Part shown: positions 25,299-41,068 of the stretch, one piece after another | How positions within the stretch are numbered: the first letter of the stretch is position 1 | How the letters are laid out: each line of letters opens with the position of its first letter | Source: Chrysomallon squamiferum | Taxonomy: Eukaryota; Animalia; Mollusca | DNA: 64,000 bases | Reading direction: 5' to 3' | Assembly: GCA_012295275.1 (NCBI GenBank) | Contig: CM022676.1 | Location: 11,594,001 to 11,658,000 of the forward strand | The notes under the pieces: generated by a model | Told to the model about the DNA's origin: nothing | Database searches by the model: none | Seen by the model: only the letters and a program-made list of their open reading frames with translations | Translations under genes and position numbers: made by a program

Positions 25299-25514
25299 GG
25301 GTATCATTTTACGTAAACTTTACTGTATGTCAGCTTAGTCATACTTGATATCAGTTTTATTGTTTCTAAACTCAGCTACGCTTTATTACCAGCAGTTTGT
25401 TAGGTTTTATTACTATTTTTTATTTATGTGCTATTTTTTGTTATTGACGAAAGAAAAATATTTGACGCTGTAAACTACTCCGAAAATACCACACTGTATG
25501 ATATATATTCATAC

Positions 25515-25549
<35 letters not shown>

Positions 25550-25711
25550 TGTGAGAGAAATGCTTTTATATGAATGTATGTACATTTATTTATTATTATA
25601 TTAACATACACGTACGTGTGTGTGTGTGTTTATGTGTGAGTGTGAGAGATGTGTTTTTATAGGAATGTATGTACATTTATGTATTGTTATTATATTAACA
25701 CACACATACGT

Positions 25712-25779
<68 letters not shown>

Positions 25780-25804
25780 ATTTATTTATTGTTATTTTAC
25801 TCAC

Positions 25805-25851
25805 ATATTTTTCTTCCTCTGTCTTTGGTGCGAGTTTTTATCCGAGTTCAT
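25805..25851 (-). CDS. ZU5/death-domain protein, candidate first coding exon (proximal)
   Basis: ATG at 25851 preceded by an in-frame TAA. Encodes MNSDKNSHQRQRKKN, GTGAGT donor, phase 2 matching exon 2. The seven exons sum to 2097 nt (698 aa plus stop). Confidence 0.55.
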
Positions 25852-26436
25852 CGTAATTTACCTTCCCACCAGCCACATCTGACTTCGAATTATCGAAGAG
25901 GTTTTCTCTCTTAACTCGACAGAATCGCGTTTAGCGAGAACACGTGTGTCACGCGAACAAATCACGTTTGACTGCGACACACGGGTAAATCACGTTTCGG
26001 CTAGTGACACTGGAAAGTGTGTGTAACTTTCTGAACGTGTCTGTCTGTTTGTCTGGCAGTCTGTACTGTCAGCTCTGCCTTGTCCTCGCAATGTGACGAG
26101 AGATGGGGTGGGACTGGGGAGGGGGGTGTTGAGTAACACTACCTGGACACCCGGTGACCGGTCCTTGACGACGAGACTGGTAACAGGCTCGCTTGGCCGG
26201 TCACTACTGTGTGGGATTGTCTAACGTCGTAAGTAGAGGCCTTGTCAGGGCTCACTCGATTGCACTTAATGTTTTAATGTACGAAAAGTTCAGATTTTCA
26301 AATATTGTGAGAATAGTATACATATTGTAAATACAGCAGCAACAATAACAACAACAACTACTACTACTATTACTACCACTACAACTACTACTATTACTAA
26401 AACAACTATTACTACTACAACAACAACTACTACCAC

Positions 26437-26494
<58 letters not shown>

Positions 26495-26717
26495 TAAATA
26501 AATAAATCGATAACAACTCCGATAATTTATAAGTGAATAGTTGTATCGCCATGTTTTCTGTATCACACATTTACAAATGTTGTTGTCTGCCTCGTGTAAA
26601 CTATGAAATCATTATTTTAATGAGACACACAGTCAGACAGACAGACAGAGACAGAGAGATAGACAGCCAGACACCGCGAGATATTCATATATATATATAT
26701 ATGACAGCGAGAGAGAC

Positions 26718-26891
<174 letters not shown>

Positions 26892-27244
26892 AGAGAGAGA
26901 GAGAGAGCAATACAGTCATCTAAAGTTTAAACAAAACTCATTGAACTGGTGAACTCTGGGTTAACCGAGGTTGGGCTAAATACACAACACTGTACAAAAC
27001 ACAACACAGTGTAAACAATGAGTAATTGAAATATTCCTGTAACCCCTAACGGGCCTCGCACTGCACTGTAAGCGCGACAAGTAACACACGAGTATTACGT
27101 GTCTAAGGAGTCACGTGACTCACTGACACGCCTGACCTCGTTTCTCATACACCGCAAACACAGCTATAAACGGAACAGTCATATTCTGAAACACGCGTGT
27201 CAAGATAAAATAAAACAGTCACACAAACATAATGGAACACGTGT

Positions 27245-28168
27245 GTTACACATGTAATGAAACAATTACACACATCGTGAAACATGTGTCACAGATATAA
27301 TGTGACATATATAATGAACCAAACACACGTAATAACACAGATATAATAAAACAAACACACGTAATAACACATATATACTGAAATAAACACACACGTAATA
27401 ACACAGATGTAATGAAACACACACACACGTAATAACACATAAAATGAAACACACGTAACAGATAATGAAACACGTAACAGATAATGAAACACGTAATAAC
27501 AGATGTAATGAAACATACACACATAACACAGATGTAATGAAACATACACACACGTAATAACACATAAAATGAAACACACGTAACAGATATAATGAAACAC
27601 GTAATAACAGATGTAATGAAACATACACACGTAATAACACAGATATAATGAAACACACGTAACAGATATAATGAAACACGTAATAACACAGATATAATGA
27701 AATAAACACACGTAATAACACATATATACTGAAATGAACACACACGTAATAACACAGATATACTGAAATGAACACACACGTAATAACACATATATACTGA
27801 AATGAACACACACGTAATAACACAGATGTAATGAAACACACAAGTAATAACACGTATAATGAAACACACATAATAACACAGATATAATGAAACGCACACG
27901 TAACACAGATATAATGAAACACACGTAATAACACAGATGTAATGAAACACACACACACGTAATAACAGATATACTGAAATAAACACGTAATAACACAGAT
28001 GTAATGAAACACGTAATAACACAGATGTAATGAAACACACGTAATTACACACACATAACACAGATGTAATGAAACACACGTAATAACACAGATATAACGA
28101 AATAACACACGTAATAACACAGATGTGATGAAACACGTAATAACACAGATGTAATGAAACACACGTAT
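27245..28168. repeat. Degenerate ~28-32-bp minisatellite
   Basis: aacacacgtaataacacagat(g/a)taatga repeated about 30 times. It accounts for the three long low-complexity minus-strand ORFs. Confidence 0.9.
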
Positions 28169-28323
28169 AAAATCTGTGCATTTTCACATAAAAATAAAAA
28201 AGTGATAAAGTGTAGCAGACGTTAACAAGGTCGCTGATTATCGATTTTGTCAACAGAGAAATCCGTTCCGCGCATTAATAACACATCTATCAGTGTCACC
28301 GCCATTTCTTTTGTGTGTGTGTG

Positions 28324-28360
<37 letters not shown>

Positions 28361-29336
28361 GTGTCTGTGTGTAGTGTGTACTGTATCAGTATGTGCTTGT
28401 GTATGTAAATGCGTATATTTGACTGCATAATAATTATGTATCTGATATGTGTTTGTATACTATGTAATGAATTATGTATAATAATATAAGGTTGTGCGTA
28501 TATACGTATGTGTTTACGTGTCTGTGTGTGTGTGTGTGTGTGGTTAGCAGAAAATTTATAACATTCATTTTACGTTTTTAATGTATGTTTTTGTATTCAT
28601 ATATGTGTTTACGTATTTATTTGTGAGTGCACGTTGTCATGAATGTATGTTTGCGATGTGTTATTCAGTAACTCACTCACTCCCTCTCTCCCCCTCCCTC
28701 TCTATCTTTCTGCCTGCCCGCCTGCCTATGTTTATATCTATGTAATCTATCCCCTCTCTCTTTCTATTAATATATATATATATATATATATGCACAAACA
28801 CACACATACACACACACACACATATGTATATTTGTTATTTCAAACTGAAGTGTATAAAGAAATGCTAACAATATATATATTTAAAATGTTTTGTTAGTAT
28901 TTACATATTTAATTTATTACTATTATCTCATCTACGTATTTAATTTATGTATGTAAATTAATTCCACTGTTCGCGACCTTATAGTGCATGTCAGACAGAT
29001 AGTATTACTGATCACGTGACTAGACATGTCTGCTTCCCGTGGGCGGTGAACACATTTGCAGACGGCAGTTTTTAAAACGCAGTCACTTGAAAACATTACA
29101 CTTGAAGAGGGGTGACAAGAAGTAATAATATTATCTATTAACTTAGAAACCCTTGACTCTTGTTCAGATTAAATCTCTTTTCTGATCTTAGGTCACACTT
29201 TATTTTCTTCTTCTTCTTCTTTTTTTTTTTTTTTTTTTTTTTTTTGCTTTCTTTCTTTCTTCTTCTTCTTCTTCTTATTTATTAATTATTAATTATTATT
29301 ATTATTATTACTATGATTATTATTATTTAATTATTA

Positions 29337-29375
<39 letters not shown>

Positions 29376-30100
29376 TTTTTGATTTTGATTTTATAAATGG
29401 TTACTGACTGACGTCTTCAGTTTAACTCGAGAATGTGTGACGTCATCGTTCCATTTTTACCGCGTGAACACTTTTCTGATTAAAATGAACATTAAACAAA
29501 CAAATTTTAGTTTTACAAGTTGCTTCTCTGTCATTTTCATTTGAAGAGTGTTTATAGAAAAAGATAAAAGTTCAGCAAAATAGGAATTATATTTATATTT
29601 ACAACTCGGTCGTTCGTTCTGTTCTTCCAGTGACGAAACCCAGAAATTAAATAAACCTGGCGTTATTGGGGTTTACCAATAAATAATAATAAAAAAAAAA
29701 AAAAAAAAAAACGCGAGAAATGAATCTAAACAGTGAATGTAACAACGTGCGTGCTATTCAAAGCTGGAAGTACGAGTATTTCAGTCACGTGATATTAAAC
29801 GGTACTAACAATTAAAACTTGTCTAGTGACACACTACAGCGCGTTTGTGTAGTGTCACGATAAAGACGGTGTTGTTGACGTTTATGAAGTCTGACTTGCA
29901 CAACGATGTCGACGGTGTTAATTAGCAGATGTTAGGTGAATGACGCCGTTGACGTCTGTTACAGACCCGAACAGATAGTCGCTGTCAGTGATTTCTAAAA
30001 CTTTGATTTATCGTCTTTTTTTATCTCACTGTTTACTTTACATCAAAGAGACGTGACGCTTTGTATGTTCACACAGATTCTTTACAATACATACTTACAT

Positions 30101-30156
<56 letters not shown>

Positions 30157-30519
30157 GATGTGAATGAAACGTAGTACTGACATTAAAAAAATACCAGTAA
30201 GCGTTGGTTTATATACATTTTATAACACAAACGAAATCTCTCTTTTTCTCTCTTTCTTTTACACACACACACACACATACACACACACACACACACACGC
30301 CATCTAGTTGTAGTAATAACCTGAAATAATGATAACGCATGAGTGAAATATTGACCACGGCTAAATACATTTAAGTACGGCAAAGTTGGTGTTATTTTCA
30401 TTTTACATCGATTGTTCACTCTCACTGTAATTGCAAGTCATATCCATTACGAATAAAAACGTATTTTGTAGAACATTTTAGATACCTATTGTTAATAACC
30501 TTTACTATTTCAAACTTGG

Positions 30520-30703
<184 letters not shown>

Positions 30704-31247
30704 GTAATACAAAATAGCAGTAACTAGAGTGAAGTGGTAATGGCAGTAAGAAAAACCCTGATACAATGCAAGTTTTCAGAAGTGTGTTACTGTTGATAGA
30801 AAATAGTGAAAGTTTGTTTTGTTTTAATTACTTTGCCTACACGCTTTTGACGTTACTGCAATTCTTTAGTTTGTTTTAACGTTTTCAGTTAAGTGTTACT
30901 GTTAGAAAGGTGGTTCTACTTACGTCATCACTAGTTAACGCCTCGTACTTTAACTAGTGTCTTTCTAGGTGATATTATTGTCAAAACATTTACCATCGCA
31001 GTTCAAATGACGAATTATCCTAATGATCATTCGGGATACCTCGTATCTTTTCGTGAGCAGTGCATTTGACACAAGAACACATTGCATGACGTGATGTCAA
31101 ATAGATTTTTATGAATGACGTCATTGGTTTAATAATAATTTCAGTGTTCTAATATAAAGAGAATCATTATAAAAAAATAAATAAATAAATAGATAAATAA
31201 ATAAATAAATAAACGTCACTGTTATATCGCTTTGATTATATATATAT

Positions 31248-31278
<31 letters not shown>

Positions 31279-31666
31279 TTGTTAATAATAATTGACGTGA
31301 CATTTAGACAATTCAGTGTAGATCAAATAACGTTAGAAAATCAATTACGATAAATGTCATGGTTAGCTGAACTGTGAGAAAAATTTGTTGTTTATTAAAC
31401 TGTGATAAAACGCGTGGTTAAATTGTTGCATAACATGTTGTTCACTTGTGATAAACATGTGTTCTTAATTAAGTTATTAAATATGTGTTGTTAATTAAAT
31501 TGTCATGTATATGTGTTGTTTATTACATTGTGTTAAAATTGTCGTGGTATCATAAATTAAAAATATTTCAGATATTGTGTTAGCTTATATTTAAAAATAC
31601 ATGTAGTACTGACATTTAAAAAATATCAGTATGTCGTTGGTTTATTTACATTTTATAACATACACG

Positions 31667-31768
<102 letters not shown>

Positions 31769-31973
31769 TACAGCAGGAACAGTATAACTATGAACTAGTA
31801 TAGTTATTAACAATCAAAAGCGGTACTGTCACATTAATTTCTAAACAAGTATTACTAATTATCTGTAGCGAACTCTTGTTGTTACAACTACGATAACAAC
31901 TACTAGTATTGTAAAGCTGTTTTCTTATTAACAAAATACGGTTTCAGGTAAGTACAAAACATTTCGTTCCTAC

Positions 31974-32005
31974 CTTTCGACGTCCGTGTTGTTATTTTCA
32001 TCCAT
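31974..32005 (-). CDS. ZU5/death-domain protein, candidate alternative first coding exon (distal)
   Basis: gcggcATGG Kozak-like start, MDENNNTDVE, AG|GTAGGA donor, phase 2 compatible with exon 2. Upstream in-frame TAG. Lies in a CpG-rich island (~31980-32240). Confidence 0.5.
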
Positions 32006-32734
32006 GCCGCGTTCAGTAAGCAGAGTTTGTGTTCGCTACGTGCGTGTGACAGCCGGCAGGAACGTGCACGCCGAAGTCATGGCTTATGGCGGGTTCAGAC
32101 CGCCACCCAGATGTCTTTTCAAACAACAACTGTCACTTCGTTATGCGGCACGCGCCACCCTCGCTACAACAGTAAGCTCACCCGCTGACGTTTCCATGGC
32201 TCGGTTACAGTGGGCGTGACGTCAGTCGTTCCCAGACGCTTTTCTAATAGACACTTGTGAGAGATTATCTTCTTGACTTGAGGTCAATATGGCAGACGAC
32301 AGCTGTATTAATGTGTTTATTGCTGTCTTCGCGAATTTCTCTCTCGGAGAACGATAGCTAATAAACGGAATGAAACTCGCGGAAACAGTCGCCCCTATCA
32401 AAACAGGATTCATTAAATAAAAGAGGAGGGTTCTGTGGTTAGAGCGAGTTACTGAAACACGGCACAGTTTCTCTAACACGTAATAAATAACATTTTACTT
32501 TGTCTTCAGTTCACCACATTGTTAAAAAATATATATTTAAAATACACCTACCGCCGCGTTACGAACAAATAGTTTTAAATAAAATAAAATAAAATAAAAT
32601 AAAATACATAAATAATGATGATGATGATGATAAATTAAAAAAAATATATAAACGATTATGATTCAAATTTTAGAACACTCATTTCACTCCATAATCAAGG
32701 AGAAAAAATTAATAATAATAATAAAAAAAAGTAA

Positions 32735-33320
32735 AAAAGTAAACTATGGTAAAACTAAAATAAAGTAAATTAAAGTAAAACAAAATAAAGTAAAATAAGG
32801 TAAAATAAAATAAAGTAAAGTAAAATAAAATAAAGTAAAGTAAAGTAAAGTAAAAAGTAAAGTAAAGTAAAATAAAATAAAATAAAGAAAAATAAAATAA
32901 AATAAAGAAAAATAAAAAAAAGTAAAGTAAAGTAAAGTAAAGTAAAGTAAAGTAAAGTAAAATAAAATAAAGTAAAGTAAAGTAAAATAAAATAAAGTAA
33001 AATAAAAAAGTAAAGAAAAGTGAAAATAAAGTAAAATAAAAAGTAAAGAAAAATAAAAAAGTAAAAAAAAATAAAGTAAAATAAAAAATAAAGTAAAGTA
33101 AAAAAGTAAAAAGTAAAGTAGTAAAATAAAAGTAAAAAGTAAAAGTAAAGTAAAAATAAAAAAGTAAAGTAAAATAAAGTAAAGTAAGTAAAGAAAGTAA
33201 AATAAAAAGTAAAAAGTAAAGTAAAAGTAAAAAAGTAAAGTAAAGTAGTAAAGTAAAGTAAAGTAAAGTAAAGTAAAGTAAAGTAAAGTAAGTAAAGTAA
33301 AGTAAGTAAAGTAAGTAAAA
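32735..33320. repeat. (GTAAA/ATAAA)n pentanucleotide microsatellite
   Basis: About 580 bp of imperfect gtaaa/ataaa. Confidence 0.92.
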
Positions 33321-33766
33321 TGAGTTTTAACGCAACTGAAAGCGGCCAATGTAGGCGGCTCGCTATCCTCACAAAGAAAAGCGTTGACAACTAACACTGA
33401 GCACGTAATTAGTTCTTTAAGTCAGATTATCACAAGCTAATGTTTTTTAATTGCGTGATTACGTTTCAAACCCTAATTGAAGTGTGTAAATAAGCTGTCT
33501 GCAGTTCTCTGTACAAACACTGTTCAACGCCAGCCGAATGTGACACGCATTTGTACCACGTGAATTTCATAAACTGAAAACAATTATTTATTTAAAATTA
33601 AAACTATCTGCGTATTAGCGTGTATGTGTGTAATAGCGTGTATGTGTGTGTCTGTATATATATATATATATATATATCATCCATTAGTGTTAGTAACCAT
33701 ACATTTAATATTTCAATAAACATTTTATGAGCTAGCATTTTTATTTTAAACTTACATATGTATATA

Positions 33767-33810
<44 letters not shown>

Positions 33811-34709
33811 CATCCATTAGTGTTAGTAACACACACACACAATATTTCAATAAACATTTTTGAGCTAGCATTTTTTTATTTTAAACAGACCAGTTACAAG
33901 CTTTAATCTGCTTCCTCCATTCTGTTGCAGGGTTGTAATTAAATTCCACCAGGATTAGTTTTAAAAGCAGTTCGTGTTCACAGCTCTAAGCTAACTGAAC
34001 ACTCATCAGTGAAAAACAATGTATGATAAACTTTGAATATAAACACACACACATATTGTGTTTTATTTGAGGTGTGTGAAAATTGCACAACAGACCACAC
34101 ACAAGCTTTAATCTGCACACACCATTCTGTTGCACACACACACAAATTCACACATTACACATAAAAACAGTTCACACACACACAACAACACTCATCAGTG
34201 AAAAACAATGTATGATAAACTTTGAATATAAACACACACACATGCACACACACACATACACACACACATGTACACATACATATATAAATACACACATATA
34301 TATATACTTTTACATATGATGCAAAACACAGACAGGATAGGTTACGTGAACATAAAGTTGTAAAAGTATATAACCAGCATGTATGATTTATAGCTCAGAA
34401 TGTATATTATGTTTGCCTGTGTGTTTGTGTGTGAAATAAAAGATGATTTATGTGTTTCACTGAAAACAGGAGATGTTGTCAATGAAATGTCATACCCCAG
34501 TGACCCCCGTTTTAAACAATTCCCTGTTACAGTAAGTGATCTATCAACAAACAATTAAATAAACTCAAGTTACACTTCAAAGTGTTTTTTCCTTTCGAAT
34601 TATTGAGACAATGTACTGCATAGCTGTAACTTGACTCTTTTTAAAATGAGGCAAAAACACTTGTATGTATGTGTGTATGTATGTATGTATATGTGTGTAT
34701 ATGTATGTA

Positions 34710-34740
<31 letters not shown>

Positions 34741-35183
34741 ATATGTATGTATGTATGTATGTGTGTGTGTGTGTATGTATGTGTGTGTATATGTATGTAT
34801 GTGTGTATATGTGTGTGTATATGTATGCGTGTAATTATTGATAGATATATACGTCGATAGTTTGTGAAAACAAGAGATGTCTGTTTGATAGGAATATTTT
34901 AAGTTTAACGTAAAAAAAAAAAACAACAACGTTTGTTATACTCGACATACCGCGATATAATAGAGTTTTTTACGACACCCACAAAGGTGAGTAAAATTCA
35001 ATATAGCGATTATGTGATATACAGCAGTTCTCTCTCAGTGCATTACTCATACACTTAATAACGTTCAATCGTCGTGTTTGTACATGCCACCTGTTGTTTA
35101 AGTCTGTTTTGTCGAGAAACTCTACTTGCGTTCATACGAGGAATCAACAGAAAAGTAAGCGAGACAGAGACTGAGAGAGTGTA

Positions 35184-35247
<64 letters not shown>

Positions 35248-35337
35248 AATCAATCATCAGCAACATTATTGATAAGATTAATGATAATACTTAGTTATAA
35301 TAACACACTTACTATTACCATGCTTGAATACATCAAG

Positions 35338-35435
<98 letters not shown>

Positions 35436-36524
35436 TGTTGTTATTGTTGCTGTTGTTGTTACTGTTATTGTTATTATTATTATTGCTGCTGTTGTTGTTG
35501 TTGTTATTGGTGTTGTTGTTGTTGTATTGTTGTTGTTGTTGTTGGTACTGTTATTTTTTATTTTCCCCACTCAGTCGTTCACGATGTTGTCAAGTTTTCA
35601 CACGGGTATTTAGAGCACGTCACAACAATAGAAATTTTGATCTTGATAAAAACATTCTTACTCCAAATAAATGTATCCTAGCAACAGCATAATTTATATG
35701 TTCCTGTAAAACAGACATGGGTACATTTTTTTATTTTTTTTTTTTATTATTATTATTATTTTTTTTGTTGTTGTTGTTGTTGTTGTTATTTTGCTTTTTT
35801 ACTTTTGTTGTTAGATTATTCATTCTTACATTAATTTTATAACACTGAGGTAATTTTCAGTTTTTCTTACTGAAGAAAACGACACAGAGAAACGAACTCA
35901 CGAATAACAAAGGGCGTAAAAAATAAAAATGAAATAAATTTAATAAACAAACAAACAAACAGACAGACAGACAGACACAAGGAACGAAAAAGAGGTTAAA
36001 TAAAGAGCAAATAAGCAAACAAAAAGAAAAACAGCAAAACAAATGATAAAATAAATTTTTAAAAAATGTAAAATTACTTGACTTTTTATTTTTATTATTT
36101 ATTTATTTATTTATATATTTATTTATTTATTGTTATTATTATTATTTTATTTTATTTTATTCTTTTATACAAGAGGTCGCTGAAATCAGCCTGACTTTGA
36201 TCGATGGTTGGGTTAATAACGATAACAATAACATGACGTCATTTCTCTGTGATATTGACAATTACCCGGAATTGTAACAGTGACTCCAGTTACCTCCCTT
36301 ACCTGCTTATTATGCTAAGGTCAAGGATCGATATTGTGCTGGTGGCGGATTGTTGAAGCTGCTACAGTCGCGCGGAAAGCCTCGATGTGGCAGTCACTGT
36401 GAACAGCCTAACAGGTCCGTACTCGTCTGTCAGTACTCGCTTTGTTAAAGGTGCAAGCGCGCTAATCATAGACACTTATCTTACTAAGCTTTCCAGTTTT
36501 CTATAACGGTAATTTTACTTTCCA

Positions 36525-36576
<52 letters not shown>

Positions 36577-36801
36577 TTATTTATTTATTTATTTATTGAT
36601 TGATTTATTGATTTATTTTAAATATATCATATATTTTTTTTTTTGTAATGTATTATATCCTTTTATTTATATTTTTAATATACAGATATTATGTCTTTTA
36701 TTTTTAATTAATCATATCCCTTTCATATTAGATATGTTTTATTTATTTATTTATTTTTATTTTAATGTTTATAAATTTTTTAATTAACCAAATATTTGAT
36801 T

Positions 36802-36870
<69 letters not shown>

Positions 36871-37691
36871 CTTACAGTGGTGAAATATATACTACACTGT
36901 CAGTTTTGGTACGATTATTAAAATTATTTATTACGGGTCGACAGAAATGATTTGGCTTGTTCAAGCAGCCCAGTATGAGTACAACAGAAAATGTGATAGA
37001 TTTATTAGATCGTGTAACACTGGCAGCTCAGCTGGTTCATAACACTCAAGTCGTTGTCTCGTTTACTCAGATCGTTTCCTTTCTTTTCCACAAACACCTC
37101 ACTTAATCTCACGTGCTAAGACTTGACCAGCTGCCCACAGCATCACATTCTTTCTTACCAAACGACCCGTCGACTTGCAAAGACCTGTAAGGAGAAACTT
37201 GTAAATATGGAGACGAAATGTTTTTTTTTTTCCTGATGAATACTGATGACGCAGAAAGTTGCAATAAGCACGTGCTTCTGACCTGATCCGAACAGTGACG
37301 TGATTGATTAATAAATCATTCTGAGTCAGTTTGATTGATCAGATTCGACATCAGTCTTATTCTTTAGATCAGTTGTTTGAGCATCTTTGAGCAAATTTAA
37401 TGTCTATTCCAACGACTCCTTTGCACAATGAGAGAATCGAAAACTGACAAGAATTAAAGAGATCTGCTCATTTATAGGAGCCTGATGAAGATTCTTGTCA
37501 TCACGCACTGAATACAGTGAAAACAACTGGTTGAATATCAGGTCTGATTTGTGATCTCTGATTTTACTTGTAATCAGTTTGATCATAGAGAGCTTCTGGA
37601 GACAATCTGTTTCAGACCGTCACCGAAAAATACACTGCATACAGATGTTTATCTCTTTCTGCTGTGCGTGTGCGTGTGTGTGTGTGTGCGC

Positions 37692-37722
<31 letters not shown>

Positions 37723-37990
37723 GACGCAATACAACATGTTTGTCAGAGTGACAAAGAAATGACTGTGATTATTGTGAGGAAGACAAGAAGAAAGCGTCCA
37801 GGTTGCCGCGAAGTGTGTAAAACGTCACTGTTGAGGGAAAGGAGAGAAATCAGGCTTGAATCTATCAATACCACCACCACCACCTGCAGCAGCAGCAGCA
37901 GCAACAACAACAACAACAACAAAAGTAATAATAATAATAATAAGAAGAAGAAGAAGAAGAAGAAACATTAAAAAAGTGATTTTTATGATA

Positions 37991-38048
<58 letters not shown>

Positions 38049-39276
38049 GAAGAAGAAGAAGAGAAAGAAGAAGAAACATTGAAAAAATGTTTTTAGAAAA
38101 AAAAAAAAAAAAAAAACAAAAAGAAAAACTGAAAAATAAAATTTTATTATTACAAAAAAGAGGAGGATTACACTTCAAAAAAAAAAAAGAATTTATAATT
38201 AGAAAAATATATTATTCATTTTTAATTTCTTTCTTCACATTAAATCCAGCCAGGGGAGATAATCAATTCTTAAAAATGCTGCATGAGAATAAGGAGTTAG
38301 GTACATGTGTACCTGCATCTTTCTTTGTTTCTGTGTCTGTATCTGTATTTGTGTGTGTTTGTGTGTATGTACATGTGTCTGTGTGTCTGAACGTGTATAT
38401 GTGTGTTTTTGTGCAGGGTTCTAGTTAGCTGAGTTTTAACAAAGTGACAAGATATTAAATTAGTTGTGCAGGGTTCAGTTAGCTCGATCAAATATTAACT
38501 GTGTTCAAACATCAGTGTACTGTGTTTTTATTGTGCAGGGTTCAGTTAGCTCGATCAAATATTAACTGTTTTCAAACATCGCTCGTGTCATTGTTCCTCC
38601 CATTTCATTTTTATTGTTTGTGTGTTTGACAGACATCTTTTTTCCTTCTTTATTTCCGTTTGTTTGTTGATTTCATTTAAAAATCTTTTAAAAATTAACT
38701 TCATGTCTGAAGAGAAAATGTTATAAAGTATGTCAGACTGTTAATAATAAATTTATAATAAATCTCAACAGAGAACTAACTTTGTACTACACTGATATTA
38801 CACACATTCATTGTATTATACAGACAGACAGACAGACAGGTAGCCGAATGTAAAGGTAGCTGTACAGACAGACAGACATGCAGATGGGAGAACATCAAGA
38901 AACAAGGTAAATAGTTTTAAAATGTAAATAAAATAATAACAGAGTAATTGTATTTTATCATATAAATATTTTATTGCTCGTTTATTTGGTTAAATGACAA
39001 AACTGGGTAGAAATGTTAAATCAGATTTTGTTTTGAAATTGATCTTGTAATTTAGCATTTTTAAACAAGACATTAATTAAGAATAATAAATAAATAAATA
39101 ATAAATAAATAAATTTAAAAAAACAGTAAGCAAATCAATTAAATTAATTAATTATCTTAAAATAAATAAATAAATAATTTTCTGTTTATTTATCAGTTCG
39201 TGTAAAGAAAGAAATGTCTGTCGACTTTCAACTTCAGAAGACATAAGTGAAACTAACTTAGCAGACATGTTGAAGT

Positions 39277-40623
39277 TTACTTTTTACACCACGTAAATAT
39301 TTTTATTTTCCCGGTGAAGCGTTCTCCCACGTAGAGTTTGTTGTCATCACAACAGACACACGAAGGTTTGGACAGTCCATCCTGGTCAGTGAGGATGTCA
39401 CGTGTCATGTTACCATCTCGTGACAACTGAACAACACAATTTCTATCAGAATCACATCCAAAAATATTGCCCTCCCTGTCACATGTAACATCTGTCAACT
39501 TACCCAGTCTGTCTAAATCACGTGACTTCCATCTGACGTCACCTGATGACGTCACACAAAATAGACTGTTTACAGTTTTTCTCTCTGACACAACAATCAG
39601 ACATTGATCGTGAACTGTGAGACACAATGGTCAATCAAACATTGATCGTGAACTGTGAGACACAATGGTCCGGGGATCAAATCTCTTGTCATAGAATTAA
39701 TGAGCTGACCACTGTCTGTCAGTTATGTTTTGATCAGTTTGACTTTTTCAAATTTAAAAACAATATTTTTTTTGACATGGTCGAAAACAACAACAACATT
39801 GCTGATCACGTTTGTTGAATGGATAAGAGGAAGTTGATATCTGTTTATGATTTTCTTTCTAAACAAAAACATTTTACACAACTATTGATAATCTGATTTT
39901 TTTTAAACAAATCTTCACCAAGTTTGACGAGGATCATTTTTTGTGTTTCCATGTCAATGTTTTTGAGTGTCTGTTTGACAATCTGTTTGTTTGTGTTCAT
40001 ATTTCTCCAAACAGTTTGTCAATTTCTGAGTTTACAAAGTTCTGAGATTTTTTTTTTTCTTTTAAAGAGATTAACCTGTCTTGTTTGTTTTTTTGATAGG
40101 ACTGACTCTGATTTTTTGAAAAATCCTGTTTGATCATTTTTTACCAATCCTTCAGTAAACAGTTTGTCAATTTCTAAGTTAACAAACTTCTGACATTTTT
40201 CTATTTCTCTTATTAGCCTGTCTTGTTCTTTGTGGACTGCGGCTGTGAAATCTGTTATTAGTGTGTTACCAATCCTTCTGACCTCTTCTGTGGTGTCCAC
40301 GACGTTGATGTCGACGGCTTGGCGAAGTTGCTCAATCTTTTCATCCATCTCTGACTGAAGAATTTCTTTGTAGGATTTGAGACAGTCAGAAACAGAATTC
40401 AGAAGTGAAATGTGGCCTCCCTTTTTAGCTGAAATAAATAAATAAATAAATAATAATCATAACAACAATAATAACAACTAATAAAGATATGGGCACAATG
40501 TGAAGAGTTGTAGAATTTATTTATCATTTAATTTTAAAATATGAGTAGAAAAATGTGATCTAATTGTTTATGATGTGATTGTTAATACACGACAATTTTT
40601 TTTAGTTAAATGATCGGTCTATC

Positions 40624-40682
<59 letters not shown>

Positions 40683-41012
40683 TTCTATGATATTATAATA
40701 TAGCTAAAGACGATACTCTGACTCACAGAATTTTGAGTGTTCTATTTTATTAATGGCGTCCACTAGTGACTTGTTTATAGCGAATTGATCTGCCCATGTT
40801 TCCACTGGTCTCGTGCTGTCTGGGATTTTGACATTCTGCCTACAGAACGGGCAGGCGATTTGTACGTCGTTGTTGTTGTGACTTTTGCTGATGTAATTTT
40901 GTAGGCATTTAGAACAGAACGAGTGTCCGCAGCACAAAACTCGTGGATTGTCGAAAATGTCCAAACAGAGAGAGCATGAAATGTTGTCATCGGAGTTTGA
41001 AGCTGTTGCCAT
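39277..41012 (-). pseudogene. TRIM-like RING / coiled-coil / NHL-type beta-propeller gene, copy A (frameshifted as assembled)
   Basis: Exon 41014-40727 has ATG at 41012 and an intact C3HC4 RING (CSLCLDIFDNPRVLCCGHSFCSKC...CPFCR). It splices in phase 1 to exon 40428-39277, which has a coiled coil and NHL-like blades (DVTCDREGNIFGCDSDRNCVVQLSRDG...KLYVGE). The frame breaks at 40060-39630 (homopolymer run, stops, 32-bp duplication at 39600-39670). Confidence 0.8.
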
Positions 41013-41016
41013 ATCT

Positions 41017-41068
<52 letters not shown>

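Noticed and set aside
27246-28253. Three long minus-strand ORFs (249-335 aa)
   Set aside because: Low-complexity translations of a degenerate minisatellite that lacks stops on one strand.
31986-32479. ORF-track ORFs in the CpG-rich island
   Set aside because: No recognisable protein; better explained as promoter/5' UTR of the distal first exon.
32744-33397. F/L/Y/T-rich 200+ aa ORFs resembling membrane proteins
   Set aside because: Translation of the (TTTAC/TTTAT)n microsatellite.
37070-37200. Possible small minus-strand exon (acceptor near 37186, GTAAGA donor near 37157)
   Set aside because: Could not be linked in phase or by homology to any gene model.
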